From the NCBI GenBank assembly GCA_000165425.1, contig CT867996.1:186001-250000 (forward strand): a stretch of DNA of 64,000 nucleotides, read 5' to 3'. The notes under the pieces are model-generated. The model was not told the DNA's origin. It saw only the letters and a list, made by a program, of their open reading frames with translations, and did not search any database. Position numbers and translations under genes: made by a program. This DNA comes from Paramecium tetraurelia. Taxonomy: Eukaryota. Of this stretch, positions 14,386 to 28,099 are shown piece after piece (the first letter of the stretch is position 1; the number at the start of each line of letters is the position of its first letter).

Positions 14386-15302
14386 TCAAAGTATGCAATT
14401 GGAAAATAATAAAGATCTATAACTATACTTGGTTGCTTTTACATTAAAGTAGTCCGGTAATTTCTATACTTATTTTGCTGCTTCTTGCTCGTCTTTATAA
14501 TCAATATTCAAATCTCGATCATTGATTATGGTTTTTATGGTTTACCATGAAAATCTGACATATTTTGGATATACAAAAAATGGTATGTTTGTATTTTCCA
14601 AATATTTTTTGGTTTTTGGATCACCAGGATACCCAGATCCAATAGAATCATTAGGTAAAATCTCTTATTGTATTAATGTTATTCGATAATCCCTTGTAAC
14701 TTTAGCGCAGATTGAGGCTGCACTTACATTTGCATATTTTGAGTCAGCCTTCTCTTCAACCACAATATTTGCCTCTTTTCCTATTTCTTGAAGTTTTCCT
14801 TATAAGAAGTTTTTGTATGTTTGCTTCGGTCCAACTGTGTCAACGAAAATTTCTTTATTTAACATGATAAATTACCTGTTATTTTATAACCTTTTTAAAT
14901 TGCGCTTTAAATGAGTTCTGCAGCTGTATTATGAGATATATCATTTAAATTAATTGTTAAGTGGGCTAATTAATTTTTTGATAAATATTCCGCGGTTAAT
15001 TCTCGCGTTTCAAATGTCAACACCTTACCCTTCAATTAAGTCAACACATCAAATAGCTTATCACGCGCTGCTTCGTTAATTTACTTAGAGTCTACAAATT
15101 TACAAGTTTCTGAAATTAATTTGTGATATTTAGTGGGCCAATAGCATGAAGCATATAACATTGGTCCCAAAACCGGTCCTCTGCCAGCTTCATCAATTCC
15201 AAGTTACCAATCAAAATTTTGCTTTAATTCTTCAAAAGACTCAGAAACATTAGATAGTACCTATTTCACTATTTCCTCAGTATCAATTTATTTATTTTTC
15301 AT
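14386..15302 (-). CDS. RNASEH2A: Ribonuclease H2 catalytic subunit A
   Basis: [59 protein letters not shown] motifs. Confidence 0.95.
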
Positions 15303-15459
15303 ATATTAATTATTTATCAATCCAAACTCAATGAAAGGAATATATTATATATTGCATATTCAAAGATTTGATATAATAATAAGTTGTTAAATTACATAAT
15401 TTCACTTAGTTTAAGTTAAACTTGTTAATGTAAAAAAGAAATTTCATATAAATACAAGG

Positions 15460-17176
15460 ATGGTCAAAAGAATTAATTAATTTTGTTAATATAAATAATA
15501 GAGAACTCAAATCAGGAAAATTAATTGAGACATTCAATTATTGTGCATAAAGTTTTCCCCTTAATTTAACCATTATATTTCAACTAGAATTAAAATCAAA
15601 ATCACTTAGAGTATAAAAAAGAAGTAATTCAATCTCAAAACTTGTTCATCTTGTGTCCTAATGTAAATATGATCTTTAAATTCATTATTTTTTAGAAAGA
15701 TGGAATTTTTATATTAATATTAGTGAAGAATGATAAATAAAAGGAGCTTCTGACCATAGAATTTAATTGATTTTATCATTCATTATGATCATACATATAG
15801 GGATTATATTAAGATTATTTTAAAGGTTTTATTTGAAAATTTATTTAAAGGGATGAATTCTGGTTAAATTGAGCAGATCACTATGTAATTTGGGACGTTT
15901 TTGATTATCTCAAGAGAATGTTAAAATTAACTTTGGCATGACATTTAAAGACAATCGTTGTGATGTTATCAATAGAATTATCTAAATAGGACATTTTCAT
16001 ATAATTCATATTTAATAAGTATTATTATTATTATAAACCCATATTTGGGCATAATGATTAAATTTTAATATAAATTACTATTGGTATGAATTAAAAGGAG
16101 CGTGTTTTTGTAGACAGAAACAATGAATACGCTGAAAATGAATACTTTGTGGGTCAGAAGGAATCGAGATTTCACTCTAATGATTAATAAATAAATATTT
16201 AAGTAGAATCGTAATTAAGTACTCTAAGTTATATTTTTGATTGGATAACAAATGTAAGAGTTTCAATTTATTAAATTAGGATCAATTATAGGAGCTAAGA
16301 TCCCAAATCCTTCATTAGATAAAGTTATTAGATCAGAATGTAAAAACTAAATATATCACTACTGCATTATCGTATATTTTGATAAAGAATACCAGTGGTA
16401 TCAATGAGACCGAGTGCATACAGCAATTACTTGTAAGAATTTAGATTAATATTTATTAGAATAAGTTTAATGTGAAATCAAGAAAATTATTGAAGTATTT
16501 GAGAATGATAAAAGATGATAGTTAAAGAGATATGAATAAATTATTACAACAGGTTTAATACTATCAAGAGAAAGTGAGGAAGTATTTTTTTGGATAAGGA
16601 CAATCTTTATTGCTTAAATTGAAGAAACCTAAATAAACTTATACTCAATTGATAGAAGAAATTCTTGAGACTAACAAATAAGTGATGATAAGGATCTTCT
16701 CGTTACAATTAGTGAAATAGTTTTGTGTAAGTAAGCGACCAAGTCGACTAGTGATTAACTTGGGTTACTTTGCCTTTTAAATCCAATCAATATATATTTT
16801 GCCTGGAGAATATGCTAGAATATTTAGAATATCAATTAATTCTTTACGTCATTTTTCAAAAGGATTAATTAACTTACTATATCAATTTGTACTAAGAATA
16901 ACAGGCTAAGGAATTGAAGCCTAATTCAAGTCTTGCGAGAGAAGTCCATAAATTTCACAAACGATTATGAATGAAGGAGAATTTAAAAAATCACCTGAAG
17001 ATACAAGTGTGTCTGAACCAAACATAGAAATAGAAGGATTTAAGTTACTCATTATTAGAAAACTAATTAATGAATTCAGCACATATTAATTTTTATTTGC
17101 TGACACTGAAGAAGAAGATGAAATATTTAATGAATGTTAAGAAATTTTGAACTTTTCAACAAATGATAATGTGTGA
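15460..17176 (+). CDS. Hypothetical multi-intron protein
   Basis: Code-6 coding stretches with tiny introns, acidic C-terminus (DTEEEDEIFNECQEI...DNV-TGA); 5' exon structure uncertain. Confidence 0.55.
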
Positions 17177-17659
17177 TTTTATTATTTTTGTATATAATAA
17201 TAGCTCCTATATATTGAAATACATAATATAGACTATATATAAATTTGTTATATGAATACATAATTTTGTTAAAGTATATGTAACTTTTGTCAGAGAATAC
17301 AGAGGATCAAGCTTAAGAATGTCGTTTTATGAGGATTCATTTTACTCAAAAACTCCTTATACCCTTAGTATCTCTATTCTAAATTTAATTTTAGCCAATA
17401 AAATTATTGATATATATATTATATTTGAATTAATCTATACAAGATTAATGAGAATCACGAATACTTTAGAAGTGATTTGCAAGATCTATTCCTCAATTTA
17501 AGAATGATAAATACAATTATGAGATATTACTTTTTAATTCTTAATCCAAAATATTACAAACCAACATATGTAACTATTTAAAAAGAAGGAGTTGAAATTT
17601 TGCGAGACTTATAAATTTTTTCTAAAGTTATTATCTTGGATACTATCTTATTAAATTAA

Positions 17660-18028
17660 TCAACATTCAAATAATCATCCAAACTTTCCTATGCATACTA
17701 ACCTGTTTTAGCAATGTCAAACACTTTCTAAAATCATTAGTTAAATTTGCCATTTCTTTGTCTACATAATTAAGTGAATGCAATATATTACACTTTTAAA
17801 AAGCAATCGACTAGTGCTACAGCATTGTCCTTACAAAACTCTGCTTCTACATACTTTCCTAGTGGAGTCAATCTGCATAAATTGAAACTCTTTCTCTATT
17901 CCTTGCAAACATGATTTCCTTTTATTGCATAAATCATTAGCTATAGACTATTTTAGATAGAAATGGACATTTAACCTTTCATCATTTGTATAAGTATACA
18001 AATCCTTAGGAATAGCTTGAGAGGCCAT
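17660..18028 (-). pseudogene. Twin-CX9C mitochondrial protein (NDUFA8-like) with an in-frame TGA
   Basis: MASQAIPKDLYTYTNDES LQLMIYAIKGNHVCKEQRKSFNLCRLTPLGKYVEAEFCKDNAVALVDCF...; in-frame TGA at 17734-17736, after which coding-like sequence continues (FQKVFDIAKTGQYAQESLDDYL). Confidence 0.65.
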
Positions 18029-18889
18029 CTTTGAAATATATTTAATTATATTAAAAGATTAAAAGTTAAAAATTTATAGCAGACTATATAAAAACTTGAA
18101 CTATTTTGTTTGATATTCATTCTTGTTAGTTCAAAAAGAACTACAATGCTATCTGGAATATTATTCCCCTATATGAATAGGAAAAAAGGATTAAACTACT
18201 TGTAACCCGTTATAGAATTTATTGATAATGACAATTGTTTTCACGAATTAATTTTTATTTAAAGGAATTCAAAATAGTTATTATCACTATGTTATTCTTC
18301 ATAAGGAATAGAGTTATAAATTTATGATTGATTATTGAATTACATAATTGAGTTGAGTTTATTCTTTAACAATCAATACGTTACCTATGTTGAGACGAAT
18401 CAAATTTATTATCCTTCTAATATATCCTCCAGAATTAATCAAAATGACAATATAAAAATTTGATTTCTTATAAGGCAATCAGAAGAGAAGAAAAAGTGTA
18501 ACGATATAATAAAAAGTGTTTTTATCAGGTATAGTAAAATTAAATGTTTTTCTAAAATATGGATAATTTATCAAAATAGAAATTTCTCCATCGAGAATTA
18601 GAAATTTACTTATAGCTCTTTTATTCTTTCAAGTATTTTTGGATTAAGCGACAAAATGATATCAAGACTTACAACAACAATTCTGAGGATATAAATAAAT
18701 TTAATTTATGAATTCTCTATGAATTATTTAATATATGCATAATAAAAAATATAGATTTTTTTATGGAAAGTTATCAAATAATGGTTCAATAAATTTCGAA
18801 TCAATATACAATTATTTTTGTTATTTGTTTTAGAATATATAATCACAATTTTCATTGAATAATAGATTCATTAATTAAAATAAAGAAAT

Positions 18890-19829
18890 ATGTGTTTGCC
18901 TTATGGATGTTTGAAATGCTTCGTATAATTGGAGGGCTGGTTAACTTTCGTGATTGGAATTTTAGCAATTGTGGCTGCTATAATAGTGACAGTAATATAA
19001 AAGAGCTTCGATGATGCGATAAAAGATCTTGGGATAGTATGATTTATTAACATAAATTAGACGGATATAAACACTAGCGCTATAATTGTGCCTTTTTGGA
19101 TATTTGCAGCAGTTGTGATATTCTTTGCAATTAGTGGTTTATGTGGAGCAAAACATAGGAGTAAATGCTTGTTGGCAATCTTTAATTTGGGAAACATTTG
19201 TTTGTTTTTAGCTTTCTTAAGTCTTTCCATAGTAGCCTATGTGATTGGGTCCTTTTTTGATGTCTCAAATTGTTCCAACAGTTCAAATGAATTATAGATT
19301 GAGAATTTATACAAAATGTCAGAATCAACTCTTTGCAAATCATCATGCGAATGCTATTATTCAGAAAAAATGACTAAAGAAGTGGAGTTAGCTGTAAAAA
19401 GTTACTCAGCAACTGATAAAACAAAGGTATATATAAAAAAGAATCTCATTTTAGCCAACAAGAGTATAAGATTGTCCTGGATTCGATTCGAAATATAAAA
19501 CATAAGCAGCAGCTCTATAATTGATGGAAGAGAAATGGTAATGTTCTGGGTGGTGTACACCATACCCTATTTAATAATTCAATGATGTTAATTCAAATGT
19601 GAAAAACCATAAGTATGATGTTATTTTACTATTTTATAGCTATCCTTGTTACAAAGGAATGATTGAATATTTTTAAAATATGTTCACCACAACAGGCTCT
19701 ATACTATTCTCTTTAGCAGCACTTTTTGGAGTAATGGTCATCTTAACTTGTTGTCTTTGCTGTCATCCACATAATAGCAACAAAGGGTCAGATTATTATA
19801 CAAGATTAGCATACACAGCAGACTCATGA
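18890..19829 (+). CDS. Tetraspanin-family protein
   Basis: Three N-terminal TM helices (GLCGAKHRSKCLLAIF), Cys-rich large loop (LCKSSCECYY, CSGWC), fourth TM helix then TCCLCCHP. Confidence 0.85.
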
Positions 19830-20307
19830 GTTTATTCATTTTTATGGATATTATTATATAAATTCATAAAATCAATTGGTTTTATTTTTGAATCGATTAA
19901 ATATTATAAATTCACAAGGGAAGATTATAAATATAAAAAATTTATTAACTTTAATTATTCTTAATAAGCCACACATATAAAAATCTATGAAAATTAATAT
20001 GTAATTTATCTAATTTAACTAAAATTAATACAAATTACTATCTTATCAATAAATTATATAATCTACTTGATAAGAAACTGCAATTATTGTAAATATTGAT
20101 ATGCAAAGTATAACAGATTTTGTTAATATTCTTTTGGGATGATTTTATCATAAGTTGAATTTTCTAAGATTTTAATAAAGTTCAGCATTCAAATCGACAA
20201 AATAATTTATTTTGAATGATCAAATAATATGGCAATTAATTAATTATTTTAATAAATAATAAACATATTAATTTCATTATTTTAAGATATTATTACGTAA
20301 TTAACTA

Positions 20308-21267
20308 ATGTGCTTGCCAATTGGAACTTTGAAATGTGTCGTTTCCTTAGAAGCTTGGATTGTTATGATTTGTGGAATAGCGGCCTTTATATTCACAATG
20401 CTCTTGCAAATACACTATAGCTTAATGCTTCAAGCGAACGAAGGAGAATCTGTATATAGATAATTTCATTTTATTATAGTGGATGCTTTTTGGATAGGGA
20501 ATGCTAACTGCTTTTTGGTTGTTTTCATCGTATATAATAATAAATGGAGTATGTGGAATTGTTGGTGGTTAACAAAAAAAACCATGTTTATTGTTGGTGT
20601 TTAATGTTGGGAATGTCATAATTATAATTGCATTCGTTATACTAATGGCTATAGGCTTTGTTTTGGCAGATGAGGCCAATAAACTTATAGACAAAGATTA
20701 CTAATAAAATGAGAATACTTGTCTTGAACATAGATTTTAATTAAATACCTTAGATTGGGAAAGCAAAGACCTTCTATGCTCTATAGAATGCCCGTGTTAT
20801 TACACAAAATAGAATGGAGATTTGCCCAAAAATAAAACTAAATGGGGAGATGATAAAGATCCCTCAAAAGTATTGAATATAAATATAAAAATAGCCTACT
20901 AAGGTATAAGATTGTGAACTGTATTAAAAAACCCAAAATACCACAGTCAAATATTTTTCAAATTATCTAGGAGAAATCTAAAAAGAAACTGGTTGTACAG
21001 GATGGTGTGTGCCATATTAAATGCAAATATTCTATGATATCAATGTAAAGGTTGAAAATGACTAGTAAAGAATATATTTAAATTAGAATGTATTGTCAAT
21101 ATATTGTAATTTCAAAATTAACACAGATGGGAAGAGTGATGGGAGGCATAGCAGCTGGAGTAACTGCAGTAATGGTTGTTTTAATTACTCTCACATGTTG
21201 TCTATGTTTCCATCCAGCGAATAAAGGTTAGGATTTCTACACAAAGATGGCACCCTATAAATCATGA
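20308..21267 (+). CDS. Tetraspanin-family protein (tandem paralog)
   Basis: MCLPIGTLKCVVSLEAW..., LLCSIECPCYY, GCTGWC, TCCLCFHP; same layout as the upstream gene. Confidence 0.85.
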
Positions 21268-21464
21268 TGAAATCCTCTATCTGTAATGATTTGAGTGATA
21301 TAACATTTATCAACTCAAATTTGATATTTTTTAATTCAAAATACTGAATACTACATATGATTTAATAAAATTAATTTCTTTTTTTTGATTTTATATCCCT
21401 TTACATATTATTATAGTCTAAATTGATCTTGTATAAATTAGTTAATTTTTAACTTAAAATTAAC

Positions 21465-22065
21465 ATGTAAAAATTGAAAATAGCTATTAGTAGAGTCAAG
21501 TAAAGCTATTCTTGGGTTTTGTGTTTTACTGAATTTATCTAGATCGTTTGTTTTTAGAAATTTATTAAATGCAATAAAAATAATTATAAGTTACAAAACT
21601 ATTTTTCTACAAGACATACATATTCTTATTTCAGACTGATATCATGAAGTAATGAACACAGTGCTTACTCAAATTTATAAATAATATACTTGAAAGCTTA
21701 GCATTGAGTTTCACTTATAAATTATTAAATGATAGTAAACAATACATAAAGGTACTTGTAAGTTATGATTGTTAATCTCTATTCTTTCTGAAAGGAGAAA
21801 CTTGATAACAATATATGGAGAATTATAAAAGGCTAATGAATTCATAGAGTCAACAAAGGAATAAATTTATTCGATCAAAAAACTTAATAAAGAACTTTTT
21901 TAGATTTCCTTGATATTTCTACCCCCTTATGATTCTAAAGAAATAGTTTTCAATAAAATGTTTTCTAACTTATATACAACTATAAAATTAAGGAAAATTG
22001 TATAATAAGATGATGAAGAAATTAATTATGAGAATTAGTTTTAAATATATATGCATTTTAGTTGA
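21465..22065 (+). pseudogene. Possible degraded coding sequence
   Basis: Coding-like 3' frame (YGELQKANEFIESTKEQIYSIKKLNKELF...) but the 5' part is broken by TGA and frame changes. Confidence 0.3.
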
Positions 22066-22251
22066 ATGTATAATTTAAATGAAAAATTAATTATTTTTAA
22101 TATATTTAATTTGTAGAAATTAGGAAATTAGGAACAAAACATTTTGAAGGGTTTTGATAAAATAGTTAATTATACAAAAATGTTGAATAAACTCAATTAA
22201 TATTATCTTTTATAAATATATATATTCATAAATGTAATTATTATCATAGAA

Positions 22252-23255
22252 TCAAAATAATTCTGGTTTAAAACCGTCATTTTCATTGATGCTTTGATTG
22301 ATTTCATCAACAAAGATTGAGCCATTCCCCTAATCTATAAAATCAGCAACAACAAAGTTAGGCATCTTTCTACAATGGTGATAATATTGTAAGAACCGTT
22401 TTTTCACGTGCTAATAAAAATTATATTTAGTCCGATATTGGTAATCAGGTCTTAATTATATGATGAAATCAGTACTTAAAAGAATTTTCAGGATTTAAAT
22501 GAATTTCTAAAAAAGGTGACCATATAGATCCATCATTCTTGTTTGTTACTCCTCGCTATACCTTTCCAGTTTTAACATCCTCTAATGGATCGGTTTCCCA
22601 ATCTACTTGAGCACTTACTCTATATGAATAATATGTATAATTTATTAAGTCTTCCATCACCTATTCCCTTGGTTCAATTGTAATCAATATATTCTTTTTA
22701 TTTTCCCTACACCAACCTAATGTTGGTGGATTATTTTCTTAAAATGTTATGGCTCTTTCTTCTCCTTTAAGTTCAACTAACAAACTATGCAGCATTTTAG
22801 TAATTAAACTTCTATCCCATCCCTAAGTCCCATTAGTTTGAGTATTGCAGAATAATTTACTCTCAAGTTTCACAATCATGACTTCGTTTGGATATTTGAT
22901 GGCTAAATCAAATAATTCTTTAAGACGATCTACAGCTTTTTCTGGATTACTCAAAGCTCTCTAAACAAGACTAAGCTTGCAATTAGTACCCCCGTCCCCC
23001 TCATGTGCAACAACAATCTAATTAATTAAATAACAAAACTTAAGGTATGCCATCTTAGACATGCCAATGCAATGGAATTTTAAAATGCCTTGCACCATAA
23101 GTTTCATATTATTCGGTTAAAGTGACGTTTTGTTAAGCATATATCCATCCGTAACACTTGGACATAGGGGCATTGTGAGCACCAAGATAGACAATCTAAT
23201 TTAATTTTAAGCTAGGCTTGAGATGTCCATTTCCACCTGGCATACTTGCTTACAT
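22252..23255 (-). CDS. PI-PLC X-domain (PLC-like phosphodiesterase) protein
   Basis: LNQIVYLGAHNAPMSKCYGWIYAQQNVTLTEQYETYGARHFKIPLHWH, VVAHEGDG, EVMIVKLE, CRKMPNFVVADF. Confidence 0.8.
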
Positions 23256-23288
23256 TAATATAATAATAAATAATTTTATTTGTATTTA

Positions 23289-23905
23289 TCACTTTTTTTT
23301 TTTCTTAGAAATTGGAGCAGGAGATCTACCTGTATTTTAACTTTATGGTCTTAGATTGGTTGTGCTGGAGGAGGTTTGTTTTTTCTTTTTTTTTTTGGAA
23401 GGTGGTGCTGTTGATTTAGGTGTTTATGCAATAATTTGGAGTTGTTCATCAAAATGCTTCTTCAGTTTTTCGATGGCCTCATTAGATTAGATAGTGAGCT
23501 TTTCTTAGAATTGCTTTTGTTCTTGCAATAATCTATCTTCCACAGATTCTTAGAGTTCTTGTTCCAATTATTCAATTGCTGATTATGTTAGTTATTTTTA
23601 TTCTTGTAATTCAGATTCAAGTTGTTTTTCTTTTTCCTTCATTTCTTCAATATCTAAGAGCAATTCACTGATAATTTTTTTCTAATTTAATATTTGTAAT
23701 CAATTACACTTTCTTGATTTTCGATTTTTAATGCTTAGATCACTTCCTATGATTCCAAGAGATTATTTTTATATTTTATAGCCTTGATTCGATATTTCGA
23801 TTAGGTATTGACCTCTTCTTCATCCGAAGTTTGCTAATAATCTAACAATGCTTTGGCATGTTTTTCTAGATATATTCCGTTATCCTTGAAAGGTTTTTTT
23901 CTCAT
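23289..23905 (-). CDS. Small coiled-coil protein with Lys-rich tail
   Basis: MRKKPFKDNGIYLEKHAKALLDYQQ..., ends PAPISKKKKK-TGA at 23289. Confidence 0.7.
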
Positions 23906-24704
23906 TAATAATTTTATTTAAAAGTGAAATATATGAAATACCCTTGATTTAATACTGACTCTTAATTTATAAATCATGATGAGATATAGTTCTTTGACTC
24001 ATATATTATGATATATTGTTATTTTATAACATGAAGACATCATTAGTTGGTTTATCCTTTCTCATTCTATAACACAATATGCAACGGAAAAATCAAATCA
24101 AATCTCCAACACCAAATAGCACCCAAATCCAGGTCGGAATAGACTGTAATTATATAAATCTCATCATATAATTTGGTATGGATTAAATTAATCAAAAAAT
24201 TAATGTTTCCAGGAAAATCATGAATGAAATTAATGGAATACTTGAGGGGATTATGAATAAGTGAATGATCAATTGAAAATTATTTTAATCAAAGAAATAT
24301 ACAAGAGCATCCTTATATTATGATAATATTTTGAATTTTTAATAGAGATATATAAATGGTAATTATCAATTAAGTCATACATCATTTTAACCCTAGTTTA
24401 TAACCCTAATGTTATAATTTAGATCATTGTAAAAAAGTATTAATTATCAATTTTGCTTAGATATGTAACATATCAACTTGTTAAATATACATTCTCAACT
24501 AATTTTCTATACAAAACTACATTATATTTATTTGTTAATTTTATGATCAACAACAATAATTTTGAAGTATGTGAAATAATAAATAAATTGCATTAAAGGA
24601 ATTGTTAGATTACATAGAGTTGAATCAGATAGATTGCATTTTTTTATGAAGATTTATTAAATCTAAACAATTAATATAATTGCTATGTCATTATAAATAA
24701 ATTA

Positions 24705-25678
24705 TCATTAATTTATTAATCTGATCTTTGTGTTTTCATCATTTTTAGGATCACCTTTAGGGTAAAAGCAATAAATGCATGTGAAACCAAACATCAAAAC
24801 AAAAAAAAATGCAATCAGGAAAGATGTGTATTAAAGAATCTATCTAAATTTATTCCAATAATCCTCTATAGTTGTTTTGCAAGCATTACTAATTAATATA
24901 ATATATAATTGTTTACGATGAAGATATCTTGGAATTCACATTATTAAATAATTGAATCGGATATTTTGTACACCAACCAGAGCACTCATAAAATGTTTCA
25001 CTTTATTTTAATTACGACATAATTAGTTGGTTAGAATCAAAAGATTAAGGGCATTATTAAAAATTTACTGCCTAAGATATAGAAGTTTAAATTTACCATA
25101 GTGGTATCTGTTGGCGAAAAATTTATTACATACTTAGATTAATCTTTTGAAACTGTACCTGAAAAATAGCATTCACAATTATCCTGACAAAGACTTAGAC
25201 TTGCTTTTTTATATAAGGCTTCTCTTTCCAAATCATAGGAGAGTGAACAACCTGAAAGTTTAGTGAAATCAGAAATTTTTGAAAAAAAAGAAACTATCAG
25301 ATAAACCAATCCAAAAACCCAAAATAAGCAACAATTAAATGTATTAAAACATCCCAATAGACACTTGTTGTTATTTAGAATTCCACCTATCCCAAAAAGT
25401 GTGGAAATACCACCAACGATTCCCATATACATTTGCACATTAAAAAAGAAGAGTGTGGAGGATGCGGCCTAAATATAGCAAAAAATGATTCATACGGTCG
25501 AAGAATAGTCTCCTGTATCAGCATCATTTACTTTACCTTTGTTAATGTAAACTAGAATTTCAATGATTAGACACATCGTAAGAATCAAACCTGACCCACT
25601 AAGAACAATGATCTTAAGAGTTTTGAATGGTATGCATCTTCCACATATCAATCCGTCCGAACCAATCTAAAGTTCCAT
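24705..25678 (-). CDS. Tetraspanin-family protein (third copy, inverted)
   Basis: GIGGILNNNKCLLGCFNTFNC, LCQDNCECYF, ECSGWC, C-terminal TM helix then TCIYCFYP. Confidence 0.82.
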
Positions 25679-28099
25679 AATTTTATTTAAAATAAAATAA
25701 AAAAATGATAGAAATCAATAATTTATATTCGAAATCAAATCAGTATTAATCAGAATTTCGGGATATAATAATTAGATCTACGACAAACATTTTCTCATTT
25801 TGACTTTTATAATTACTCCCATAATTGCTTGTGATTTAAGATATTAGCATTTTTAAACTCGATTTTATATTAATTCTATTCTTTTCCCATTTTAACTTTG
25901 CTGTAAGTGGTATAGATATTATAAAATAATTCAAAATTGGATATGATTATCCAAATAAAAAGTGCCAAAATCAATACATATTAATATTAATAGAAATTCA
26001 TAGTATTAGTAATAAATTTCTATTAAAATTAAAATATATTTTATGAAAAAATAAAAGTAATTTTAAAGAGTGTTAATTTAAACCACAAATTAATTAACAA
26101 TTTAATACATTCTTGAAAGGAGAGAAAAAGTCTAAATATCAACATAACCAGAGGTTGTACAAATTATCCAGTTGTGAATCGACAGCTTATGATTGTCAAA
26201 TTCAGAGTTACTTTAAACTCTGTTTAATAAATTTCTTTATTTATTACTTAAATAAATACTACTTATATGACTTATATCTTAATATTTTTGATCCAAATAA
26301 ATTATTTATTTCAATTCTCATTTTTTTTAATTTGTAGATTGAAGTTGCTAATTTCTTGGTTTATGAGAAGTCTTAATGTAAACCTATAATATAACATTTA
26401 GAATTGATGTTCTGAATAATTATTGTCTCATTCCTTTTAATCTAATGATTATGATATTGTAACAGTTATTTTATCTGATAGAATGATTGATTTTCAACCT
26501 ACTCCTAATTATTTTTACTATTAAAATTGATTTTTTTTGCTCTCATCTTCTTATAAATGTCTAGTTTTTAAACTAAAATTTTAAGTCAATATTAGTATAA
26601 ATAATAAATATAAATTCTTATTAAATTATGAATAATTTATTAAATTTATTAGAATGTGGGTGATTTATTCTTATTCTTAAAATCTGTTTAATGGAAATGT
26701 TGAATTTACATTTCTAAACTCATGATATATTTTGAGAGCTTCAGTTCGATAGACTATTTCTTTTTTAATCTTAACTTATTTTATATGATTAAGATAATTA
26801 ATTATTATACTTTTGACTTTAGCAAAAATCATAAAAATGAGCTTCTTTTTGGATTTGTTAAGCTATCGATTGGATTTATTGTATGAACCCTTTCTCAAGT
26901 TAGAGAATCACAAATTAAGGGAAGATTTTAAAATCTTGTTGAATCAGTCAGTAAATCTTATGTTAATGTCACTTTAAAGATTAGAACGGCCTAATAATTG
27001 AATAATTTGTAAATCCAACCATTAGAGAGGTTTATATCTAGTTATGCTTAATAATGAAGTTTGCATAAAGAATTAGAGTTTGTCCAACACCTTATGCAAA
27101 GGTTTTGGCTTATATACAATTTTTCATAATGAATTAGGAAAAAGATACTTTGGGAGTGATATCTTAATTAGATTACTTATATTATACATACTAACTTTCA
27201 AAGATCTTTTGGGATACCTTTTGAATAGCCAATTGAAAGACTATCGTAATTTATAAACATATGGAGGTCAATATAAAATAAATAATGAATTCAATAATAA
27301 TAATAGTCATTGAGAAGGGTCTTAATAAAATTGCAGGATTCCAATAAACAAAATAGCAAATATTTTATAATAAATTAATTATGAGAGGGCTTGCTTTTTA
27401 TTAAAAAATCTGATAGCGTATTGTTTTTGAGAATTAAACATATGAATAACTTGAGTATGAAAAACATGTCAATATTTTAATTTAAAATATTTCGTGAACG
27501 GAAGTTATTTCAAATTAGTCTGCCATTCATAAGAAAGTAATTGCATTGGCAATAAAATAAATAGCGAAATAATTATGGAAAGATGAACCAAATCAATTGT
27601 AGATTACTTCATAAGTGATAACATATTCTAAATCTTCTTTGTAGATGCCCCCTTATGTTAAGCAATTTGCTATTCCTTACTTGAATATTGAAATAGAAAG
27701 CTTTTATCTGAACGATATAGTCTTTTCAAAAATTCTCACTAAGAGTTAGATAATTATTGATATGATTGAGTGCAGTTGAATGAAGAATAGTAATGCAGCA
27801 AGGACCGTCTTATTCCATATTGAATAAAATCGGAATCTATTAGTGTTGAGAATGATGTTAAGAGTGACGTTATTAATAATATCATATTAAAAATATTAAA
27901 TAATAAATTTGATTTTTAAGATTAGATTAATTAATTAGAGCAATTAATAAATTTAAAGACGAATAGAGTTATTCGCATTATAAAAGAAAATTACATAAGG
28001 CTTACATGCAAATAAATAAGAATGAGAAGTTGTATCATAATTATTATAATGTTATTTGTTTATGATGTGGAAAAATGTGATACTCAATTTGAATGCGCT

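Noticed and set aside
17734..17736. In-frame TGA as selenocysteine
   Set aside because: Not at an evident CX9C Cys position, accompanied by a probable second lesion, and no SECIS recognised
23290..23400. Long T homopolymers suggesting frameshifts or a fusion with the PLC gene
   Set aside because: They encode in-frame poly-Lys; the upstream gene stops at TGA 23289 and the PLC gene has its own ATG
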